The notes under the pieces: generated by a model
What the model was told of the DNA's origin: nothing
The model's input: only the letters and a program-made list of their open reading frames with translations
Databases searched by the model: none
NCBI RefSeq assembly: GCF_000011805.1
Contig: NC_006840.2
Source of the DNA: Aliivibrio fischeri ES114
GTDB taxonomy: Bacteria > Pseudomonadota > Gammaproteobacteria > Enterobacterales > Vibrionaceae
DNA length: 32,000 nt
Reading direction: 5' to 3' (one strand)
Position numbers and translations under genes: made by a program
Part shown: in pieces, positions 21,296-28,375 of the stretch
Numbering within the stretch: position 1 is the stretch's first letter
How the letters are laid out: every line of letters begins with the position of its first letter

Positions 21296-21375
21296 ACAAA
21301 TATTGTAGTGAAACTGGAGATTGGTGATCCAATAACACGTTGTCATAATCGAAATAAATCAATTATGTTTAAAAG

Positions 21376-21450
21376 TGGCTGGGATACCTGGATTTGAACC
21401 AGGGAATGGCGGCATCAAAAGCCGCTGCCTTACCGCTTGGCGATATCCCA
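21376..21450 (-). tRNA. tRNA-Gln(UUG), copy 3
   Basis: Identical to copy 1. Confidence 0.95.
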
Positions 21451-21475
21451 ACGAGATTCTTGCGAATCTAAATAA

Positions 21476-21560
21476 TGGTGCGGACGGAGAGACTTGAACT
21501 CTCACACCTCGCGGCGCCAGAACCTAAATCTGGTGCGTCTACCAATTCCGCCACGTCCGC
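21476..21560 (-). tRNA. tRNA-Leu(UAG), allele B, copy 4
   Basis: Acceptor stem reads GCGGACG...CGTCCGC. Confidence 0.95.
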
Positions 21561-21640
21561 ACAAATATTGTAGTGAAATTGGAGATTGGTGATCCAATAA
21601 CACGTTGTCATAATCGAAATAAATCAATTACGTTTTAAAG

Positions 21641-21715
21641 TGGCTGGGATACCTGGATTTGAACCAGGGAATGGCGGCATCAAAAGCCGCTGCCTTACCG
21701 CTTGGCGATATCCCA
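21641..21715 (-). tRNA. tRNA-Gln(UUG), copy 4
   Basis: Identical to copy 1. Confidence 0.95.
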
Positions 21716-21740
21716 ACGAGATTCTTACGAATCTAAATAA

Positions 21741-21825
21741 TGGTGCGGTCGGAGAGACTTGAACTCTCACACCTCGCGGCGCCAGAACCTAAATCTGGTG
21801 CGTCTACCAATTCCGCCACGACCGC
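21741..21825 (-). tRNA. tRNA-Leu(UAG), allele A, copy 5
   Basis: Acceptor stem reads GCGGTCG...CGACCGC. Confidence 0.95.
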
Positions 21826-21905
21826 ACAAATTTTATAGTGAAACTGGAGATTGGTGATCCAATAACACGTTTTCATAATCGAAATGAATCAATTATGTTT
21901 TAAAG

Positions 21906-21980
21906 TGGCTGGGATACCTGGATTTGAACCAGGGAATGGCGGCATCAAAAGCCGCTGCCTTACCGCTTGGCGATATCCCA
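21906..21980 (-). tRNA. tRNA-Gln(UUG), copy 5
   Basis: Identical to copy 1. Confidence 0.95.
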
Positions 21981-22005
21981 ACGAGATTCTTACGAATCTA
22001 AATAA

Positions 22006-22090
22006 TGGTGCGGACGGAGAGACTTGAACTCTCACACCTTGCGGCGCCAGAACCTAAATCTGGTGCGTCTACCAATTCCGCCACGTCCGC
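22006..22090 (-). tRNA. tRNA-Leu(UAG), allele B, copy 6, with a variable-arm loop variant
   Basis: The acceptor stem is allele B. The plus-strand T at 22040 (C in the other five copies) changes the variable-arm loop from GCGA to GCAA. Confidence 0.95.
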
Positions 22091-22168
22091 ATTCTACTAT
22101 TTTAACGTTAATACGTTAAGTAGAAATTTTATTTTAATCGACAATTGGATAATCAATTAAAAATTGTA

Positions 22169-22245
22169 TGGTGGCTACTACGGGATTTGAACCTGTGACC
22201 CCATCATTATGAGTGATGTGCTCTAACCAGCTGAGCTAAGTAGCC
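22169..22245 (-). tRNA. Elongator tRNA-Met(CAU), copy 3 (first gene of the operon)
   Basis: Identical to Met copy 1. Confidence 0.95.
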
Positions 22246-22296
22246 AAATTGTCTTGCATTTCTTGCTTGTCTCTCTTTCGCCTTAGCGGTGAGGAC

Positions 22297-22350
22297 GGAG
22301 CGCATTATGCGTATCTAAGGCTTATGCGTCAACACTTTTTTGAAAAAAAC
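22297..22350 (-). promoter_or_regulatory. Sigma-70 stable-RNA promoter of the tRNA operon
   Basis: The minus strand reads GTTTTTTTCAAAAAAGTG-TTGACG-17 nt-CATAAT-GCGCTCC. The -35 is at 22332-22327 and the -10 at 22309-22304. An A/T-rich UP-like tract lies upstream and a GC-rich GCGC discriminator downstream. The -10 lies about 58 nt upstream of the first tRNA-Met. Confidence 0.75.
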
Positions 22351-22520
22351 AGTAATTCTTTGTTTGTTCGAACGGAATTTAATCAAACCGTGCTTTTTAT
22401 ATGCAAATATGAGCATAAATGAATAAAACTCAGTATATAAGAGATAAAAAGGGGGGAAGAAAAATAACAGAGGACTGGTTGAAAAGTAATCTTAAGTGGT
22501 TGAATTATTAGCAAGTAATA

Positions 22521-22546
22521 AAAAGGCCAGCAAATTTGCTGGCCTT
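22521..22546 (-). terminator. Rho-independent terminator downstream of ychF
   Basis: AGGCCAGCA-aat-TTGCTGGCCT, followed on the minus strand by TTTTTATT. Confidence 0.8.
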
Positions 22547-22552
22547 ATTTAA

Positions 22553-23644
22553 TTATACGTTGAAGCGGAAATGAACAACATCACCATCTTTAACGATATA
22601 TTCTTTACCTTCTAGGCGCCATTTACCTGCTTCTTTAGCTCCACTCTCACCGTTGAACTCGATGAAGTTGTCGTAACCAATAACTTCAGCACGGATAAAG
22701 CCTTTTTCAAAGTCAGTATGGATCTTACCAGCTGCTTGTGGTGCTGTAGCTCCTACAGGGATAGTCCATGCACGAACTTCTTTAACACCAGCAGTGAAGT
22801 AAGTTTGAAGAGTAAGCAGTTCATAACCAGAGCGGATTACGCGGTTTAGACCTGGTTCTTCGATACCCATATCAGCAAGGAACTCTTCACGATCTTCATC
22901 GTCAAGTTCAGAAAGCTCAGATTCAATAGCAGCACAAACAGGAACAACTACGTTGTTTTCTTTTTCTGCGTATTCACGAACCATATCTAGGAATGGGTTA
23001 TCTTCGAAGCCATCTTCGCTTACGTTAGCAATGTACATTGTTGGTTTTAACGTTAGGAAGTTTAGGTAACCAATAGCTGCCGCTTCTTCTTTAGTTAACT
23101 CAACAGTGCGAGCCATACCACCTTCAGTTAATACTGGAAGCAGTTTCTCAAGTACAGAAATTTCAAACTTCGCGTCTTTGTCTCCGCCTTTTGCTTTTTT
23201 CGCATTACGTTGCATTGCACGTTCACACGAATCTAAATCAGCAAGAGCAAGTTCAAGGTTGATGATCTCAATATCTTCAATTGGTGAGATCTTACCAGCA
23301 ACGTGAATGATGTTTTCATTTTCAAAACAACGAACAACATGACCAATTGCATCTGTTTCACGGATGTTTGCTAGGAATTTGTTACCTAGACCTTCACCTT
23401 TAGATGCGCCTGCCACTAAACCAGCGATATCAACGAATTCCATTGTAGTAGGAAGAATACGTTCTGGTTTTACGATTTTTGCTAATGCATCTAAACGTAG
23501 ATCAGGAACAGGAACCACACCTGTGTTTGGCTCAATTGTACAGAAAGGGAAGTTTGCTGCTTCGATTCCTGCTTTTGTTAGTGCGTTAAATAGTGTTGAT
23601 TTACCAACGTTTGGAAGACCAACGATTCCGCATTTAAAACCCAT
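22553..23644 (-). CDS. ychF: Ribosome-binding ATPase YchF (Obg-family)
   Basis: 363-aa ORF with a [10 protein letters not shown]-loop and a TGS-like C-terminus. It lies 19 nt downstream of pth. Confidence 0.95.
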   Translation of the reverse strand: MGFKCGIVGLPNVGKSTLFNALTKAGIEAANFPFCTIEPNTGVVPVPDLRLDALAKIVKPERILPTTMEFVDIAGLVAGASKGEGLGNKFLANIRETDAIGHVVRCFENENIIHVAGKISPIEDIEIINLELALADLDSCERAMQRNAKKAKGGDKDAKFEISVLEKLLPVLTEGGMARTVELTKEEAAAIGYLNFLTLKPTMYIANVSEDGFEDNPFLDMVREYAEKENNVVVPVCAAIESELSELDDEDREEFLADMGIEEPGLNRVIRSGYELLTLQTYFTAGVKEVRAWTIPVGATAPQAAGKIHTDFEKGFIRAEVIGYDNFIEFNGESGAKEAGKWRLEGKEYIVKDGDVVHFRFNV

Positions 23645-23663
23645 GATGTAAACCTTATCTGTG

Positions 23664-24253
23664 TTATTCAGCTTTGAATGTGTGTAAACGATTTTGTGCT
23701 TTGCTTAATCCATCTTTGAGAAGGATATCAAGGCAGCGTGTAGATTCATCTACTGCAGCATCGATTAATTCTTGCTCTTTAGTTGGCGCTTTACCTAAAA
23801 CAAAACCGGCAACTTTATCTTTATGGCCAGGATGACCAATGCCAATACGAAGGCGGTAAAACTCTTTCGTATTCGCTAATTTACTAATGGTGTCACGTAA
23901 ACCGTTATGGCCACCGTGTCCACCACCTTTTTTAAATTTAGCAACACCAGGAGGGAGATCCAGTTCATCATGAGCAACAAGAATTTCTTCCGGTTTGATC
24001 TGATAGAACTTTGCCATCGCAGCGATAGCTTTACCTGATAGATTCATAAAAGTGGTTGGGATCAACAATCGAAGATCATCACCATTACTTTGGATCCTAC
24101 CAGTTAAGCCGAAGAATTTAGCTTCTTCTCGCATAGAAACATTATGAACTCGAGCGAGTTCTTCAACAACCCATGCACCAGCATTATGGCGAGTTCTTTT
24201 ATACTCAAGACCAGGTTTGCTAGTCCAACGAGAAGTTTGATCTGATTACTCAA
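23664..24253 (-). pseudogene. pth: Peptidyl-tRNA hydrolase, reading frame interrupted by an apparent 1-nt deletion
   Basis: The ORF at 23664-24134 encodes Pth from about residue 40 onward ([23 protein letters not shown]). Upstream in the same frame, [27 protein letters not shown] continues back to a stop with no start codon. The expected N-terminus (TTG)[12 protein letters not shown] is in another frame, starting at 24253. The two frames join if one C is added to the CC run (minus strand GCAAACCTGG, plus strand 24211-24216). Confidence 0.8.
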
Positions 24254-24388
24254 AGAATTATCTCTCTTATCTTGGATACTAATATGATTAATGAACTTGT
24301 TTAGAGCGTATGAGAGCTAAATACAATTAATGATATTAGTATGCACCATTAAAAAGGCGCGCCATATTACCACAAGAATTCCAAATAC

Positions 24389-24416
24389 AAAAACGCCCCG
24401 CAAAGGCAGGGCGTTT
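24389..24416 (-). terminator. Rho-independent terminator downstream of prs
   Basis: The minus strand reads AACGCCC-tgcctttgcg-GGGCGTT followed by TTTGTATTT. Confidence 0.8.
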
Positions 24417-24434
24417 GAATAGATTTCTGTTTGA

Positions 24435-25382
24435 TTAGTGATCAAACATTGCAGAGATAGACTCTTCATTGCTGATACGACGAATCGCTTCAGCTAGCAT
24501 GCGAGAAAGGCTAAGTTCAGTTACTTTACCTGTTGCTGCCATTTCTTTAGAAAGAGTAATTGAGTCAGTTACGATAACTTGGTCAAGAACTGAGTTTGCA
24601 ATGTTTTGTGGTGCACTACCAGAGAATACTGCGTGAGTTGCGTATGCAAATACACGTTTTGCGCCACGCTCTTTAAGCGCTTCAGCAGCTTTACATAATG
24701 TACCGCCAGTATCGATCATGTCATCAACGATTACACAATCACGACCGTCAACATCACCAATTAGGTTCATTACTTCAGAAACGTTAGCACGTGGACGGCG
24801 CTTATCAACGATAGCGATATCAACATCACCTAATGCTTTTGCTGTTGCACGAGCACGAACAACACCGCCTAGGTCAGGAGAAACAACAACAGGGTTTTCT
24901 AAACCACGAGTACGCATGTCATCAAGCAGTACAGGAGTACCGAAGATGTTGTCTACAGGTACGTCGAAGAAACCTTGAATTTGTTCAGCGTGAAGGTCGA
25001 TAGTTAAAACGCGGTCAACACCAACGTTTGAAAGCATATCAGCAATAACTTTTGCAGTGATTGGTACACGAGCAGAACGTACACGACGATCTTGACGAGC
25101 GTAACCAAAGTATGGGATTACCGCAGTAATACGGCCAGCAGAAGCACGACGAAGTGCATCAATCATCACTACTAATTCCATAATGTTGTCATTAGTAGGA
25201 GCACAAGTCGATTGAATGATGAAAACATCACTACCACGTACATTCTCGTTAATTTGAACGGCTACTTCGCCGTCAGAAAAACGATCTACAGTAGCGTCAC
25301 CAAGTGAAATATATAGTCGATCAGCGATACGTTGGGCTAGTTCAGGAGTTGCATTACCAGCAAATAGCTTCATGTCAGGCAC
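24435..25382 (-). CDS. prs: Ribose-phosphate pyrophosphokinase
   Basis: PRPP synthetase sequence. The start is re-called at the GTG giving (V)[22 protein letters not shown], 315 aa, as in E. coli Prs. The ATG at 25373 is an alternative. The ORF-track extension overlaps ispE. Confidence 0.93.
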   Translation of the reverse strand: MPDMKLFAGNATPELAQRIADRLYISLGDATVDRFSDGEVAVQINENVRGSDVFIIQSTCAPTNDNIMELVVMIDALRRASAGRITAVIPYFGYARQDRRVRSARVPITAKVIADMLSNVGVDRVLTIDLHAEQIQGFFDVPVDNIFGTPVLLDDMRTRGLENPVVVSPDLGGVVRARATAKALGDVDIAIVDKRRPRANVSEVMNLIGDVDGRDCVIVDDMIDTGGTLCKAAEALKERGAKRVFAYATHAVFSGSAPQNIANSVLDQVIVTDSITLSKEMAATGKVTELSLSRMLAEAIRRISNEESISAMFDH

Positions 25383-25420
25383 GGTGGAAACCTCAGGGTT
25401 GCGTCCAAATTGTGAGAATT

Positions 25421-26287
25421 TTATATTTTGCATAATGATTTATACTCTTCCAGTGTTCGGTTGAGTGGCGAAGTATTCATACCTCGGGCGATAAATCCGG
25501 TTGCATTATCAGGGATTAAAGAATAAACATCTTGTGCTTCTTTTTCGCTGTTAAATTCAGCAAAAACACAAGCGCCTGTTCCAGTTAATCTCGATGGCGC
25601 ATATTCTAACAGCCATGAAAGTTGGTAATCAACCTCTGGATACACACTTCTGACAATTTTTTCGCAATCGTTTACGTATGTTGCCTCTAAAAGTGCGTTA
25701 AGTGGCTGTTTTGGTGTATTTCTGACCAAGTTAGGATGAGTGAAAACATCGACGGTTGCGATACTGACTTCTGGTTTGATTAAAACGTACCATAACTCTT
25801 TAGGGGTGGCTGGTTGCAATTTCTCACCAATACCTTCTGCAAAAGCGGCAAATCCATGAACAAAAATAGGCACATCAGCCCCTAGTTTTACTCCGAGTGC
25901 TGCTAAAGTATCGTTACTTAAATTGAGCTGCCATAGAAAATTAAGGGCGACGAGTACGGTTGCTGCATTAGAGGAACCACCACCGATGCCTCCACCCATA
26001 GGTAAAATCTTTTCTATTTCGATATGAGCACCGAATTCACATTGACTGTGCTGCTGTAATAGCGTTGCCGCTTTCCATATCAGATTATCTTCAGTTTTTA
26101 CTCCAGGAATGTCTGGTGCAAGGGTTATTTGACCTGATTGATTAGCAGTAATGGTGAGGTGATCACATAAATCAATAAATTGAAATAAAGTTTGAAGCTC
26201 ATGGTAGCCATTTTCTTGTTGGCCATTGATATAAAGAAATAGGTTTAATTTGGCTGGGGATGGCCAGCGAGTTGTTTTGGTGATCAT
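25421..26287 (-). CDS. ispE: 4-diphosphocytidyl-2-C-methyl-D-erythritol kinase
   Basis: GHMP-kinase motif [14 protein letters not shown]. The start is re-called at [18 protein letters not shown], which forms an ATGA overlap with the lolB stop. Confidence 0.92.
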   Translation of the reverse strand: MITKTTRWPSPAKLNLFLYINGQQENGYHELQTLFQFIDLCDHLTITANQSGQITLAPDIPGVKTEDNLIWKAATLLQQHSQCEFGAHIEIEKILPMGGGIGGGSSNAATVLVALNFLWQLNLSNDTLAALGVKLGADVPIFVHGFAAFAEGIGEKLQPATPKELWYVLIKPEVSIATVDVFTHPNLVRNTPKQPLNALLEATYVNDCEKIVRSVYPEVDYQLSWLLEYAPSRLTGTGACVFAEFNSEKEAQDVYSLIPDNATGFIARGMNTSPLNRTLEEYKSLCKI

Positions 26288-26910
26288 TGAGAAATTATCC
26301 AATTTGAAGCAATGATTTTAATGGTGGTATCTTGTTGAGTGAGTTTCATTGAATTAGGGAGAAGTAGGTTACTTTTTTCAATATAGCTGTTGTAACGTAA
26401 ATGCCAGTTAGTTTGACCAATTTGTTTTGATAAGTGTTCTACAGTATTAAGCTCATTGAGTTGGAAATTATCTGCTGCGGTCGGTAAGCCTTTAATCCAA
26501 TCTTGTAAATACCCTATAGGCATGCTGATGCCACTTAAGCTATACATTAATTTTCCAGGATCACGACCTTCAAATTTTTGCCCATCGCCAGTCTCGATTG
26601 TTGTCATTTGCTCTGTCATTGTTAGTTTCATTACCGTTTGGCCAAGAAATGAAGTGAGCAATAGTTGACTTTGTTCTGGTTTTTGAATCCACTGGAAATT
26701 TAAACTATGGCGTTGGTTTGGTGCTTGATATCCGATTTTTCCTGTTACTTTATATTGCGTAATCTGTTCGAGTTTTGCTTGATGTTTATCCCAATCTGTC
26801 GATTGTTGAGGTGTTAAAGGGGTCGTTGAACAGGCGTTAAGAAAAAGCGTGAATATGAGAATAGTAAAAGGGGAACGTACAAAGCGAGGAAACATTCTTG
26901 ATAATCTCAT
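26284..26910 (-). CDS. lolB: Outer-membrane lipoprotein receptor LolB
   Basis: The start is re-called at [10 protein letters not shown]...LNAC (signal peptide plus lipobox). The Met at 26895 is an alternative. It follows the conserved lolB-ispE-prs order. Confidence 0.88.
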   Translation of the reverse strand: MRLSRMFPRFVRSPFTILIFTLFLNACSTTPLTPQQSTDWDKHQAKLEQITQYKVTGKIGYQAPNQRHSLNFQWIQKPEQSQLLLTSFLGQTVMKLTMTEQMTTIETGDGQKFEGRDPGKLMYSLSGISMPIGYLQDWIKGLPTAADNFQLNELNTVEHLSKQIGQTNWHLRYNSYIEKSNLLLPNSMKLTQQDTTIKIIASNWIISQ

Positions 26911-27079
26911 CTTTAATTCTGAAGTAATGCAACAATTGTAGCAAATTAATGGCGAATTTGGAGCCAAATAGTATTTGAATATCACTAATTTCTTACACAA
27001 AAGCCTTGATGCCTTTTAAAATTGGGTCGCATCAAGTAAAATCCGCCCTTGTTATTTTTATTATTGGTCCGTTTGCCGA

Positions 27080-28336
27080 ATGTCATTGCTTGTTATTGGA
27101 ATTAATCATACGTCAGCCTCTGTTGATTTACGTGAGAAAGTTGCATTTTCTCCGGAAAAATTGACAAAAGCGTTAGATGAATTAAAAAACAGCGATGCAA
27201 TTCAAAGTGGCGTAATCCTATCGACCTGTAATCGAACAGAAATCTATTGCGAAGTTAAACACGGTATTAGCAGCGGTTATGTGATTAATTGGCTCGCTGA
27301 ATTTCATCATGTCGCACTAGAAACCTTAATGCCTAGTATTTATATCCATGAAGAGCAAGCAGCAGTAAAACATCTTATGCGTGTTTCTTGTGGTTTGGAT
27401 TCGTTGGTTTTAGGTGAACCACAAATTTTGGGGCAAGTTAAAAAAGCCTTTGCAGATGCACGAGAGCACAATGCGGTTGAAGGAACAATTGAAAAATTAT
27501 TTCAGCAGGATTTCTCGGTAGCAAAAAGAGTACGCACTGAAACCAATATTGGTGGCAATGCAGTTTCTGTTGCTTATGCAGCATGTACATTAGCTCGTCA
27601 AATTTTTGAATCTCTGTCTGATTCGACCGTACTTTTGGTTGGAGCAGGAGAAACTATTGAGCTTGTCGCAAAACATTTAGATGATTCTGGTTGTAAAAGA
27701 CTGATTGTTGCTAACCGAACTCGTGAGCGAGCGATGGGATTAGCGGAGCAATTTAATGCTGAAGTCATTAGTCTTCCTGAGATTCCTGAGCATCTCCCTA
27801 AAGCCGATATCATTATTAGTTCTACTGCAAGTCCTTTACCTATTATTGGTAAGGGGATGGTTGAAAGTGCGTTGAAATTACGTAAACACCAACCAATGTT
27901 GTTTGTTGATATTGCTGTTCCTCGAGATATTGAGGGTGAAGTCGCAGAATTAAATGATGCGTATTTATATTCAGTTGATGATCTTCAATCTATTATTGAT
28001 CACAATATAGAACAACGAAAAATAGAAGCGATACAAGCTGAAGCAATTGTCAGTGAAGAGAGCGCAGAATTCATGACATGGATTCGTTCTCGTCAAGCGG
28101 TAAATAGTATCCGTCAGTATCGTGAAAATTCAGAAGCGATGCGAATTGAGCTATTGCAAAAAAGTATGCAAGCACTTGCTTCAGGACAAAATCCAGAAAA
28201 AGTATTGGCTGAACTCAGTAATAAGTTAACCAATAAACTCATTCATGCACCAACATTGGCGATGCAGCAAGCTGCAAAAAACGGTGAAACTGAAAAATTA
28301 ACAGTAATCCGAACCACTATTGGTCTAGACAACTAA
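27080..28336 (+). CDS. hemA: Glutamyl-tRNA reductase
   Basis: 418-aa ORF with N-terminus [23 protein letters not shown], the catalytic STCNRTE motif and the NADPH motif GAGETIE. Confidence 0.95.
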   Translation: MSLLVIGINHTSASVDLREKVAFSPEKLTKALDELKNSDAIQSGVILSTCNRTEIYCEVKHGISSGYVINWLAEFHHVALETLMPSIYIHEEQAAVKHLMRVSCGLDSLVLGEPQILGQVKKAFADAREHNAVEGTIEKLFQQDFSVAKRVRTETNIGGNAVSVAYAACTLARQIFESLSDSTVLLVGAGETIELVAKHLDDSGCKRLIVANRTRERAMGLAEQFNAEVISLPEIPEHLPKADIIISSTASPLPIIGKGMVESALKLRKHQPMLFVDIAVPRDIEGEVAELNDAYLYSVDDLQSIIDHNIEQRKIEAIQAEAIVSEESAEFMTWIRSRQAVNSIRQYRENSEAMRIELLQKSMQALASGQNPEKVLAELSNKLTNKLIHAPTLAMQQAAKNGETEKLTVIRTTIGLDN

Positions 28337-28375
28337 GCGTAGCGTTCGCTACCAACAAAAAGAACAAATATTATT

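Larger units (their letters stand above)
21211..22090 (-). repeat. Tandem repeat of a 265-bp unit (tRNA-Leu + 80-nt spacer + tRNA-Gln + 25-nt spacer), about 3.3 copies
   Basis: Leu genes start at 21211, 21476, 21741 and 22006. Gln genes start at 21376, 21641 and 21906. The period is exactly 265 bp, and units differ at only a handful of positions. Confidence 0.95.

Noticed and set aside
21296-21375. Treating the TACAAT box in the 80-nt spacers as a confident internal promoter feature.
   Set aside because: The best -35-like hexamer (TTGGAT) is 19 nt upstream and weak. The conservation can be explained by recent duplication alone. I kept it only as a hypothesis in the findings.
20498-22245. A regular array of about 75-85-bp repeats separated by short spacers with a 265-bp period, which superficially resembles a CRISPR array or satellite.
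   Set aside because: Every repeat folds as a canonical tRNA (Gln, Leu or Met) with an encoded CCA end. The spacers are themselves repeated rather than unique. No cas genes or leader are present.
20322-22552. The tRNA cluster as an integration site for a genomic island or prophage.
   Set aside because: There is no integrase, no partial tRNA 3'-end duplicate and no foreign-looking genes. The array is flanked directly by the housekeeping genes ubiF and ychF.
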